Source of the DNA: an uncultured delta proteobacterium
GTDB taxonomy: Bacteria > Myxococcota_A > UBA9160 > SZUA-336
NCBI GenBank assembly: GCA_963704165.1
Contig: CAVPHD010000001.1
Span: 576,001 to 640,000, forward strand
Direction of reading: 5' to 3'
DNA: 64,000 nt
Under the pieces are notes generated by a model. It did not search any database and was not told the DNA's origin. It saw only the letters and a list, made by a program, of their open reading frames with translations. Each line of letters starts with the position of its first letter. Position 1 is the first letter of the stretch. Below are positions 24,842 to 33,810 of this stretch, one piece after another. Position numbers and translations under genes: made by a program.

Positions 24842-25710
24842 CGCAGGGTCTCCAGATAGTCGTCGTTCGATTGGATCGCGGCGTTCTTGCGCAGGCCGCG
24901 CACCCACTCGAGTCGCAGCTCTTCGAGACTCCGTTGGCCGAGCTCCGCTTCCAACTGCCCGCGCAGCTCCTCGAAACTCGGCTCCCGCGTGGGGATCTTG
25001 CGCTCCAATAGAAAGATGTGAAAGCCGTATGGAGATTCGATCACTGCGGAGATCTGGCCTTCCTCGAGCTCGAAGGCGCGATCGAAGGCCTCGGGAAGCT
25101 CGCCGCGTGCGAAGACCGGCAGCTCGCCGCCCGATGGCGCTTCGGGCGCGAGGCTGTTCGCGCGGGCTTCCGCGGCGAAGTCACCCCCCTGTTCGAGCCT
25201 CGCCCTCAACTCGTCGGCCTTCGAGCGGTCCTCGATCACGATCTGGCGGACCTGCACGCGCTCGGGATGTGCGTACTCGCTGCGATGCTCTTCGAAATAG
25301 GCGCGCAGAGCGCTCTCGGGTACGCGCGTACGCGGCGCGAGCTCCACGAGTGCGATGCGATCGATGATCATCTCGCGGCGAACCGCCTCGCGATACCGCG
25401 GGTCCTCGTCCTTCCATTCCTCGCCGTGCAGAGCGCGGAGGCGCGCGGTCACTTCGGCGTCGGTGACGGTGACCCCGGCCTCGGCGGCGCGATTCAGCAC
25501 GACCTGCGCGGACACCAGGCGGTTCAGCTCCTCGGTCACGATGTCGTCACGATCGGCGTCGGGCGAGTCCGCGAGCCGCTGCTCGACGAGATGGCGCAGC
25601 TCGGTGGCGGGAATCCGCACGCCATCGACGTCGGCGACCCAGGTGTCGTCGGTCCCGCGCCCACCGCAGGCGAGCGCGAGACTCGCGAGCACGACGACAA
25701 TTCGCTTCAT
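24838..25710 (-). CDS. PpiC-type peptidyl-prolyl isomerase lipoprotein
   Basis: Lipobox LALAC; FAAEARANS...GGEL...ISAVIESPYGFHIF. Confidence 0.88.
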   Translation of the reverse strand: MKRIVVVLASLALACGGRGTDDTWVADVDGVRIPATELRHLVEQRLADSPDADRDDIVTEELNRLVSAQVVLNRAAEAGVTVTDAEVTARLRALHGEEWKDEDPRYREAVRREMIIDRIALVELAPRTRVPESALRAYFEEHRSEYAHPERVQVRQIVIEDRSKADELRARLEQGGDFAAEARANSLAPEAPSGGELPVFARGELPEAFDRAFELEEGQISAVIESPYGFHIFLLERKIPTREPSFEELRGQLEAELGQRSLEELRLEWVRGLRKNAAIQSNDDYLETLR

Positions 25711-28700
25711 CGGTGTACGCTCCCCGCGACCGGCACGTCCGTGCCGGGCTGGAGAAGATCGAGGAGGCCGAAGCTCTCGGCCAGGGCGTCGCCCGCCTGG
25801 CGCAAACGCAAACCGAGCCGTCGGTCGGGATACGCGCGGATCGGCGCGCCCGGCCGGCCGATCACGCGCACGAGCCGCGTCGGATCGACGGCGGTGCGCT
25901 CGGCGATCCGCATCTGCAGCTCCCCGTTCTTGACCTCGACGGAGAGCACGCCGAGCGTGCGGCAACGGATCTTCAGACGGATCACCTCGAGCAGGTTCTG
26001 CGCCGATTCGGGCAGCGCACCGTAGCGGTCGAGCAGCTCGCCACGCAGCACGGCGAGCTCGTCGTCGTCTCGCGCCGACGAGAGCTGCTTGTAGAGCGCG
26101 AGGCGCTGCGAGACCTCGGGCACGTACGTCTCGGGTAGCAGCGCGGGAAGCGGCAGGCGGATCTCGGGATCGATCGCATCGGTCGTCTTCTCGCCTCGCA
26201 GTCGCGCCATCGCCTCGTCCATCATTTCCATGTAGAGGTCATAGCCGACCGAGGCGATGTGCCCGGATTGCTCGCCGCCGAGCAGGTTGCCGGCGCCGCG
26301 GATCTCGAGGTCCTCGGTCGCGAGCCGGAATCCCGCGCCGAGTTCGGACAGATCCTGGATCGCTTCGATCCGCCGCTGCGCGTCCTCGCTGACCTGCCCC
26401 GTCGCGGGCATCAGCAGATAGGCGTAGGCACGCCGGTTGCCGCGACCGACGCGCCCGCGCAGCTGGTACAGCTGTGCGAGCCCGAACATGTCGGCGCGGT
26501 GGATCAGGATCGTGTTGGCGTTGGGAATGTCGAGTCCGGATTCGATGATCGCCGTACACAGGAGAACGTCATATTCTCGGTGCATGAAGGCGAGCATCGC
26601 TCGCTCGAGCCGCTGCGCCGCCATCTGACCGTGCGCGATTCCGATCCGGACGCTCGGCAAGATGCGCTGTAGGTAGCCGGCGATCTCTCCGATCGTCTCG
26701 ACCCGGTTGTGCACGAAGAAGACCTGGCCGCCGCGCCGGAGCTCGCGCTCGACGGCCTCGCGTATCAGCTCGTCCGACCCTCGCGCGATCTGCGTGCGCA
26801 CGGCCGTGCGGTCCGGCGGGGGTGTCGCGATCACCGACAGATCGCGCATGCCCGAGAACGCCATCTGCAAGGTCCGGGGAATCGGCGTGGCCGAGAGCGT
26901 CAGCACGTCGACGAGCTTGCGCAGCTGCTTGAGCCGCTCCTTGTGCGCGACACCGAAGCGGTGCTCCTCGTCGACGATCACCAGGCCGAGGTTTCGGAAC
27001 GTGACGTCCTTCGAGAGCAGACGGTGCGTGCCGATCACGATGTCGAGCTTTCCGCTCGCCAGCCCGTCCCGCACCTCGCGCAGCTGTTTGGGGGAGCTCA
27101 GACGTGAGAGGCCGGCGATCTCGACCGGGGTGCCGGCGAAGCGCTCCCGGACCGTCTCGAGATGCTGCTGACACAGTACGGTGGTGGGCACCAGGAACAC
27201 GACCTGGCGTCCGGACATCGCGCACAGATACGCCGCGCGGCAAGCGACCTCGGTCTTTCCGAAGCCCACGTCGCCGCAGATCAAGCGATCCATCGGCCGG
27301 CGCTTCTGCATGTCGGCCAACACGTCGTCGGTGGCCTTGCGCTGATCGGGCGTGTCGTCCCAGCGGAAGCGCGCCTCGAATTCCTCGTAGACCGCGTCCG
27401 GCGCCGGAAACGGCGTACCCTCGAGCGTCTCGCGAGCTGCGACGACGGCGAGCAGCTGCTCGGCCATGTCCTGTACGGCACGGCGCACGCGCGACTTGGT
27501 GCGTGTCCACCCCTGTCCGCCCAGGCGGTCGAGCGTCGGACTCGCGTCCTCGGCCGAGGCGTAGCGCTGAACCTGGCCGAGCCGGGACACGGGCACGTAG
27601 AGCTTGTCGGACTTGTCGTAGAAAAGGAGCAGGAACTCCTGTTCACCACCCAACACGGAAATGCGTACGAGCCCGCCGAAGCGCCCGATCCCGTGCTCGG
27701 CGTGCACCAGGAAGTCGCCCTCCTGGATCTGCGCCAGCCGTTCGATCGCATTCGTCCGGCGGGTGATGCGCACCGCGCGGCGCTGCTGGCGCTGTCCGAA
27801 GACGTTCTGCTCCGTCAGCACCACCAGTCCGTCGTCGGGAAGCTCGAAGCCGTCGGCGAGGGGCGCCACCGCCACGTCGACCTCGCCCGGCTCTGGCCAA
27901 CTCCCGAACGCGTGGCCGCGCACGACGCGGAGCGCGAGGCCGTAGTCGGACAGGATGTCGACGAGCCGCTCTGCCGCCGATGGCGTCGGACAGGTGATCC
28001 GGACTCGCCGCCGCTGCGCTCGCCAGGTCTCGAGCCTGCGCAAGAGCGGCTCGAGCGCGTGGCCGCTGCCGCGCTGCTCCTCGATCTCGCGGCGCAGATC
28101 GCGGTGGTCGTCACCGCGCACGTCGATCACGTCCTCGTGCACGAGCGGGTCGGGCATGCCGAGCGGATCGAGCAGCACCGGATTGCGCGCGAGCAGTTCC
28201 TTCCACGCGGACTCGTCGGTCGTGTAGAGCGAGAGCGGGTCGCAGACGAGGCGGTCCTGCTCGGAGGCGCGCTCGTGTCCGGAGAAGATCTCACCCACGT
28301 AGGCGAGCGCGCGGGTGCGACCGGCGTCGGGATCGTCGATCAGAATCCGCGTCGAGGGCGGAAGATAGTGGAAGATCGTCTCGAGATCGTCGTGCAGGAG
28401 CGCCTCGAGGTTCTCGATCCCGGGCGGAAGCGACCGGCGCACGAACGCCTCGGTGACCGAGTAGATCTGCGACTCGGGCAGATTCCGCTCGCGGCCGCGT
28501 CGCCGGACCTCGTCGATCAGCGCATCGACGTCGTTCGGGATGCGGTAGGCGCGTGGTGGGATCGCGACCACCGAGTCGATCTCGCCCTCGGAGCGCTGGG
28601 TCGTCGGGTCGAATCGGCGCAGCGAAGCGATCGAGTCGAAATCGAACTCGATCCGAACGGGCCGATCGAGCTGAGGTGGGAACAGATCGACGATCCCCCC

Positions 28701-29189
28701 GCGCGCGCCGACCTCGCCGCGTTCCTCCACGAGGCTCGTGCGGTGATAGCCCGCCTGGACCAGCACATCGACGAGGGCGTCGCGGTCTACCGACAGGCCG
28801 CGCTCGAGGTGCGTCACGCGGCTGCGCAGCTCCCTGCGCGAGGGCACGCGCCGGAGCAGCGCGGACCACGGGGCGACGACCGTGAGGGGTGTCTCCGGAC
28901 CGGCCGAGAGCCACGCGTAGAGCAGGCTCATGCGCCGGGCCTCGATCTCCGGGTGGGCGGAGAAGCGATCGTACGGGGGTACGTCGTAACGCGGCAGGAT
29001 CCGGACGTCCGTGTCCGGTGAGAACGCCCGCAGCGCAGCCGCGAACACCTCGGCCCGGTTCGAACCCGGAGTGATCACGAGGAGTGGGCCGGGGTACGAC
29101 GCGCGCAGCTCCGCCGCGAGCCATGCGCCGGCGGAGCCCCGAATGCGTCCGAGACGCAGCGGGAGCCTCGGACTCTGCGCCAACTGCAC
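25707..29189 (-). CDS. mfd: Transcription-repair coupling factor
   Basis: RGGIVDLF, VHAEHGIGRF, GDVGFGKTEVA, DEEHRFGV, SATPIPRTL, QLRGRVGR, DLEIRGAGNLLG. Confidence 0.98.
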   Translation of the reverse strand: MQLAQSPRLPLRLGRIRGSAGAWLAAELRASYPGPLLVITPGSNRAEVFAAALRAFSPDTDVRILPRYDVPPYDRFSAHPEIEARRMSLLYAWLSAGPETPLTVVAPWSALLRRVPSRRELRSRVTHLERGLSVDRDALVDVLVQAGYHRTSLVEERGEVGARGGIVDLFPPQLDRPVRIEFDFDSIASLRRFDPTTQRSEGEIDSVVAIPPRAYRIPNDVDALIDEVRRRGRERNLPESQIYSVTEAFVRRSLPPGIENLEALLHDDLETIFHYLPPSTRILIDDPDAGRTRALAYVGEIFSGHERASEQDRLVCDPLSLYTTDESAWKELLARNPVLLDPLGMPDPLVHEDVIDVRGDDHRDLRREIEEQRGSGHALEPLLRRLETWRAQRRRVRITCPTPSAAERLVDILSDYGLALRVVRGHAFGSWPEPGEVDVAVAPLADGFELPDDGLVVLTEQNVFGQRQQRRAVRITRRTNAIERLAQIQEGDFLVHAEHGIGRFGGLVRISVLGGEQEFLLLFYDKSDKLYVPVSRLGQVQRYASAEDASPTLDRLGGQGWTRTKSRVRRAVQDMAEQLLAVVAARETLEGTPFPAPDAVYEEFEARFRWDDTPDQRKATDDVLADMQKRRPMDRLICGDVGFGKTEVACRAAYLCAMSGRQVVFLVPTTVLCQQHLETVRERFAGTPVEIAGLSRLSSPKQLREVRDGLASGKLDIVIGTHRLLSKDVTFRNLGLVIVDEEHRFGVAHKERLKQLRKLVDVLTLSATPIPRTLQMAFSGMRDLSVIATPPPDRTAVRTQIARGSDELIREAVERELRRGGQVFFVHNRVETIGEIAGYLQRILPSVRIGIAHGQMAAQRLERAMLAFMHREYDVLLCTAIIESGLDIPNANTILIHRADMFGLAQLYQLRGRVGRGNRRAYAYLLMPATGQVSEDAQRRIEAIQDLSELGAGFRLATEDLEIRGAGNLLGGEQSGHIASVGYDLYMEMMDEAMARLRGEKTTDAIDPEIRLPLPALLPETYVPEVSQRLALYKQLSSARDDDELAVLRGELLDRYGALPESAQNLLEVIRLKIRCRTLGVLSVEVKNGELQMRIAERTAVDPTRLVRVIGRPGAPIRAYPDRRLGLRLRQAGDALAESFGLLDLLQPGTDVPVAGSVHR

Positions 29190-29361
29190 CAGTTCCGGGA
29201 TCTTCAGTGGACTCGTCCAAACACGACAGGGCCCCCCTCCCGGGAATCTCCCGGGGGGTGGGTGGCCCCGTGCTCACTTTGCGAGCCCGAGTATAGGAAA
29301 GGGTTGGGCCGTGGAGAGGGCCCTGCTACTATGCGCGGCCCTCGTCTTTGGAGCCCCCGCG

Positions 29362-30000
29362 ATGAGTCTCGAACTGATTGGCCGCAAGCTCGGCATGACC
29401 CAGATCTTCACCGAGAGCGGTGATCGCATTCCCGTGACCGTGATCGAGGCCGGACCGTGCACGATCGTGCAGAAGAAGACCGGCGACCGTGACGGCTATG
29501 CCGCCCTTCAGATCGGCTATGGCACCAAGCGCGCGAAGCTCGTGCCGAAGGCCATGAAGGGTCACTTCGCCAAGGCAAACTCGGAGCCGAAGCGCGTGCT
29601 CGTCGAGGTTCGGGTCGGAGCGAGCGAGCTCGACGGCTACCAGCTCGGCCAGGAGCTCACCTGCGAGGGCTACAAAGTCGGACAGCGCGTGGACGTCATC
29701 GGCACGACGATCGGCCGGGGATTCAGCGGCGTCGTCCGGCGCCACGGCTTTCCCACCCGCAGCGTCTCGCACGGAAATCACGAATCCTTCCGCCACGGCG
29801 GCTCGATGTCGGCCGGTACCTTCCCGGGCCGCATTCGTCCCGGGCTGCGCATGGCCGGCCAGATGGGCAACGCGCGCCGCACGCAGCTCAACCTGAAGGT
29901 CGAGCGCATCGAGCCGGAGAAGAACCTGATCTACGTGCGCGGCGCGGTGCCCGGCCACCCGAACGCGATCGTGCGCATCCGGCCGACCGTCAAGGGCTAG
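29362..30000 (+). CDS. rplC: 50S ribosomal protein L3, outside the S10 operon
   Basis: LIGRKLGMTQIF, PVTVIEAGPC, DGYAALQ, VDVIGTTIGRGFSG, MAGQMG, RGAVPG; GGAG RBS. Confidence 0.95.
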   Translation: MSLELIGRKLGMTQIFTESGDRIPVTVIEAGPCTIVQKKTGDRDGYAALQIGYGTKRAKLVPKAMKGHFAKANSEPKRVLVEVRVGASELDGYQLGQELTCEGYKVGQRVDVIGTTIGRGFSGVVRRHGFPTRSVSHGNHESFRHGGSMSAGTFPGRIRPGLRMAGQMGNARRTQLNLKVERIEPEKNLIYVRGAVPGHPNAIVRIRPTVKG

Positions 30001-30003
30001 CGC

Positions 30004-30651
30004 ACGGCCCGCTACGAGCGGAAGGACGGGTTCTACCGCAGAGCGAAGGAAGAAGGCCTGCGCTCGCGGGCCGCGTTCAAGCTCGAAGACCTGCTGCGAC
30101 GTGCTCCGCCGCTTCGACGCGGCTCGCGTGTCCTCGATCTCGGCTGCTGGCCCGGTAGCTGGCTGCAGATCCTGTCCGCGCGCGTCGGACCCGACGGATG
30201 CGTGGTCGGTGTCGATCTCGAGCCGACCGACACGGTCGCGGCAAACGTCACGGTGCTCGCGCTCGACATGACCGAGCCCGAATCGGCATCGCGGATCGCG
30301 AACGCGCTCGGCGGGCCGGCCGACGCGGTTCTCTGTGACGCCGCGCCCAAGCTCACCGGCATTCGCGACGTCGACCTCGCCGCGATCGAAGAGATCTACA
30401 CGGCCGCGCTCGCGCTCGCTCGGCGGGTCCTGTCTCCGGCCGGATTCCTGATCGTGAAGGGCTTCCCCGGCCAGGAAAGCGATCTCTTCCGCAAGGAACT
30501 TCGCCGTGTCTTCGCGAAGGTCGACGAGATCCGGCCCGAGGGGAAACGCTCGACGTCGAAGGAGTTCTACTGGGTCGCGAGCTCGCTCCGCGATGCCGCA
30601 CGCGGATCCGGTAGTCCTTCGCGGATGAGCTCCGAGAACTCCGGGCTCTGA
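30004..30651 (+). CDS. rlmE: 23S rRNA Um2552 methyltransferase RlmE (start codon reads ACG)
   Basis: Open from 30001: (T)ARYERKDGFYRRAKEEGLRSRAAFKL, VLDLGCWPGSW, CDAAP, VKGF, SKEFY (K-D-K-E tetrad). Confidence 0.88.
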   Translation, partial: TARYERKDGFYRRAKEEGLRSRAAFKLEDLLRRAPPLRRGSRVLDLGCWPGSWLQILSARVGPDGCVVGVDLEPTDTVAANVTVLALDMTEPESASRIANALGGPADAVLCDAAPKLTGIRDVDLAAIEEIYTAALALARRVLSPAGFLIVKGFPGQESDLFRKELRRVFAKVDEIRPEGKRSTSKEFYWVASSLRDAARGSGSPSRMSSENSGL

Positions 30652-31565
30652 CCGGCGGCCTTCGCGCGCGCGTCGATGTTGCTCACCTTGCGAAGCTCCG
30701 CAAACGGCAGGGACGTGTCGAGCGTCCCGCGCTCGTAGAGGAGCTGATCCAGATAGCCGTTCACGAGCAACCGCCAATCGACGGGCGGCCCGTCGGGATG
30801 GATGTGTCGCACGTGCCGCTGGATGCTGGTCGTACAGTTGTCCGAGAACGCGTTGTACCATTCGGGCCGCTCGACGAGATCGTTCATGCTTCGTAGGTAG
30901 TCGAGCAGCAAGAGCCGCGCGTTCTCCGGCGGTGCGCTCAGGCGGTACAGCCAGACATTCTCGTTCCGGAAGTTCGTGCGCAGTCCGATCACGTCGCGTT
31001 CATCCGCGGCGACGTAGTAGATCGGAAACTGGCGGAAGAACCCCGCGACCGCGGAGTACTCCTGCCCGGTCACCTTGCGCGTCTCGATCGAGATGGCGAG
31101 GTGCTGACCGTCCGAGAAGTCCCACGACATGATCGTGTGGGCGATCAGCGGTGAGCCCCAGTGGGAGAAGTACATGTCGAGCCCATCGAGCTTGGCGAGG
31201 TCGTAGCTGCGGGTCTCCCAGTGCTCGGTGTAGTCCGTCTCGTTGCGATAGACGAAATCGCGCACGTTGTGCAGCGTCAGGATGTCCCCGTTCACTTCAC
31301 CGTACGCGAGCTGGCTGACGTCGGGCTGCCAGTCGCCCGTGTTCGACGGCGCGAGCGACAGGAACCAGACGAGCGCGAGCGCGAACGCCCCGAGCGCGGC
31401 GACGACCCCGCGCGCGAGCGGCCGGAGCGCGGCAAGCGCGCCAAGCGCCGCGAGCACGCAGACCAACGCCACGGCTCGTGCGATCCACCACGGTCCCGGC
31501 ACGGTGTAGTCGAGCGCGAGGCCGCTCCACCCGAGCGCGACCAGCACCGGCACGAGAATCAGCAC
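30567..31565 (-). CDS. DUF4105 (Lnb N-terminal-like) domain membrane protein
   Basis: Three N-terminal TMs, NVRDF.YR, AHTIMS, ISIETRK, ERDVIGLRT, YNAFSDNCTT. Confidence 0.85.
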   Translation of the reverse strand: MLILVPVLVALGWSGLALDYTVPGPWWIARAVALVCVLAALGALAALRPLARGVVAALGAFALALVWFLSLAPSNTGDWQPDVSQLAYGEVNGDILTLHNVRDFVYRNETDYTEHWETRSYDLAKLDGLDMYFSHWGSPLIAHTIMSWDFSDGQHLAISIETRKVTGQEYSAVAGFFRQFPIYYVAADERDVIGLRTNFRNENVWLYRLSAPPENARLLLLDYLRSMNDLVERPEWYNAFSDNCTTSIQRHVRHIHPDGPPVDWRLLVNGYLDQLLYERGTLDTSLPFAELRKVSNIDARAKAAGQSPEFSELIREGLPDPRAASRSELATQ

Positions 31566-31582
31566 ACGTGAGGCGTTCTTGA

Positions 31583-33031
31583 TCAGAACGAGATGGTAGC
31601 CTCCGCGAAGGCGTAGTCAGCCTCATCGTCCTGGAATGCTACGTCGATCATCCCGCTGCCGAAGACGTGCGCGTAGTAGATGTTGAACGAGAGCCAGTTC
31701 ACGGGCTTCACCGTCACCGAAGCGTCGATCATCGTCCCGATCGACTTCCGGTCTCCACCCGTCGCGGTGCCCGAGAAGCCGAAGATCGAGTTGTTCGTCG
31801 CGCCGCCGCCCGCGTACAGGAAGTCGTCGTTCTGGCTCACCCGCAGCCAGTGCACCGTCGCTTGTGCGCTCACCATCGCATGGGGCTTCAGGACGAGCTG
31901 CCCGAACAGGTCGCGATTGTTCATCAGGTTGTAGAACGGGAACATCGCGTAGACGCGTGCGGTCGGAAGGATCTGGAAGAAGGTCTCGTGGTCGTCGTCG
32001 TACGGGTCGGGATCGCCCGAGCTGTTGTTGTACCCGACGCGCAGCCACGGCGCGCTCCAGACGTCGGGCAGCTGATACCCGACTTCGAGGGCATAGGCCC
32101 ACGAGTCCTGGCTCTGGCTCTGCCAGTCGCCGAATTGCGTCGCGCCCCAAGCGAGGAAGTCCGCCTTTCCGGGACCGATCGCGTGGACGTGTGTCACATT
32201 GGCACCGAGCGTGGTGATCTCGATGTCTCCGCTGTCGGCCTGTCGCACCGCGAGAGGCCGGTTGTCGACGGGCACGAGCTCCCGTCGATCCCGGTACCAG
32301 ATCCCGAAGATCCGCGCGTTGGTGCCCGGAAGCGCTTCGAGCGCCTTCAGGCTCGCGGATGCGCCGGCAATGCCGACTTCGAGCTCGCGGTTCGCGTTGT
32401 TCTCGAAGCCGCCCCAAGTGGGGATGAAGCCGAAGGCCGTCACGTTCATGGACGCATTGTCGATCGCGATCTGTCCGCCGTCGAAGCTTCGCCCGATGTG
32501 GGTGAAGTCGAACGGACCGACGAGCCGCTCCGCGATCCTGTTCTTCTGCAGCCAGAGCAGCGTCGGATCTGCGGATGGCGCCTCGAGCCCGTCGCGGTAG
32601 ATCTGTCGGCCCGCTTGCAGCGACACGCCCTTCGCGCCGAACGGATCTTTGAAGCGCAGCCACAGGTTGCGCAGCACGCCCTTCTCCTGATTCACCTCGG
32701 GCGTGTTCGCGAAGTACGCTCCGCCCGGCCCGGGCGCGTTCTTCGGCAAGCTCGTGATCATCGCGTGCTGGTACTGGGCGAAGAACTCGACCGGGTCCCG
32801 TGTGACCCTAAGCCCCAGTTGGAGCTTGTTCGCGAAGTATCCGTAGTCGTAATTCCGGGTCGAGGACGTCGGGTCCGTATCGAACCAGTGGACGCGCTCG
32901 TAGCGAGCGCGGTCCGAAATCTCGAGCTTGATCTTGGAGTTGAGCGGTCCTTCGACCTCGAGCTGGGCTTGCGCGCTGCCGGCGACCAGAAGGAACGAGA
33001 GCGACAGGATCGAAAGTGAATGATTTCTCAT
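31583..33031 (-). CDS. Alginate export-family outer-membrane beta-barrel
   Basis: Signal peptide MRNHSL...AQA, AGRQ, RLVG..GRSFDG, SGDPDP..DHETF; terminal Phe. Confidence 0.75.
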   Translation of the reverse strand: MRNHSLSILSLSFLLVAGSAQAQLEVEGPLNSKIKLEISDRARYERVHWFDTDPTSSTRNYDYGYFANKLQLGLRVTRDPVEFFAQYQHAMITSLPKNAPGPGGAYFANTPEVNQEKGVLRNLWLRFKDPFGAKGVSLQAGRQIYRDGLEAPSADPTLLWLQKNRIAERLVGPFDFTHIGRSFDGGQIAIDNASMNVTAFGFIPTWGGFENNANRELEVGIAGASASLKALEALPGTNARIFGIWYRDRRELVPVDNRPLAVRQADSGDIEITTLGANVTHVHAIGPGKADFLAWGATQFGDWQSQSQDSWAYALEVGYQLPDVWSAPWLRVGYNNSSGDPDPYDDDHETFFQILPTARVYAMFPFYNLMNNRDLFGQLVLKPHAMVSAQATVHWLRVSQNDDFLYAGGGATNNSIFGFSGTATGGDRKSIGTMIDASVTVKPVNWLSFNIYYAHVFGSGMIDVAFQDDEADYAFAEATISF

Positions 33032-33045
33032 GATGAGGAACGCGT

Positions 33046-33061
33046 AGCAGGAAGCATGCCT
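33046..33061 (-). promoter_or_regulatory. Putative sigma54 promoter for the beta-barrel gene
   Basis: Minus strand AGGCATGCTTCCTGCT (GG-N10-GC). Confidence 0.5.
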
Positions 33062-33072
33062 TCCGGTCCCCG

Positions 33073-33762
33073 TCATCCCCATCGGAAGGCCGTGCGGAAC
33101 GCCTCTCGCCCGTCCACCTCCAGGACGTCTCCGTGCGCGACCGTCACGCGGTCGAAATCCCAGCCGAGGATCTGATCGATCGAGCTTCGCAGCGCGCGCG
33201 CATCCTTGACGATCGTGTACCGAAACAGCCGCGACGGACCGAATCGCGCATATGCGCCATTCAGGCGCATGAACGCGCGCGTGAGCAAGCTCGGCGAACG
33301 CTGGACGTTGAAGCACAGATCGACACAGAGCAGCGTTCGGCTCGCGCGGTGCAGGAAGACCACTTCGCTCATCCCGGGTGCGCCGCGCACGAAGAGCTGA
33401 TCGATCTCGTTCGCCCAGAGCGCAGGCGGAGTCCCACCGAGGTCCTCGTCGATCAGGGTCGAGCCGAGCTTCTCGCGCAGGCCGGGGGCGCCGAAGACCC
33501 GGGCATCCGGAAACGTCCGGGCGCAATCCGCGAGGAAGAGATGGTGCAGGAGATTCGGCGCGATCAGTGCCCGCACGGGACCGAGGGCCATGATCTCGTC
33601 GCGGAGTCTCTCCGTCCCCGGGCCGGGCGCGTGGACGATCACCCCGCCATCCGCGAGCCGGATCACGCAGGTGCGCGCGCCGAGGTCGAGACCCCCGACG
33701 CGGAGCGGCTGCTCGATGGCCCAGAGATCACGGTCGAGCACGCGCAGCGCGGTTGCGCTCAT
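33073..33762 (-). CDS. DUF4336 domain protein (metallo-beta-lactamase-like)
   Basis: VIRLADG, IAPNLLHHLF, EVVFLHRASRTL, WDFDRV..AHGD. Confidence 0.85.
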   Translation of the reverse strand: MSATALRVLDRDLWAIEQPLRVGGLDLGARTCVIRLADGGVIVHAPGPGTERLRDEIMALGPVRALIAPNLLHHLFLADCARTFPDARVFGAPGLREKLGSTLIDEDLGGTPPALWANEIDQLFVRGAPGMSEVVFLHRASRTLLCVDLCFNVQRSPSLLTRAFMRLNGAYARFGPSRLFRYTIVKDARALRSSIDQILGWDFDRVTVAHGDVLEVDGREAFRTAFRWG

Positions 33763-33810
33763 CCTGTTCCCATCGTGCGCCGCGTCGCGCGGTTGTTCAA
33801 GAACTTCGAT

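Noticed and set aside
29230..29268. G/C-rich hairpin between mfd and rplC
   Set aside because: Imperfect homopolymeric stem with no U-tract; no function can be assigned.
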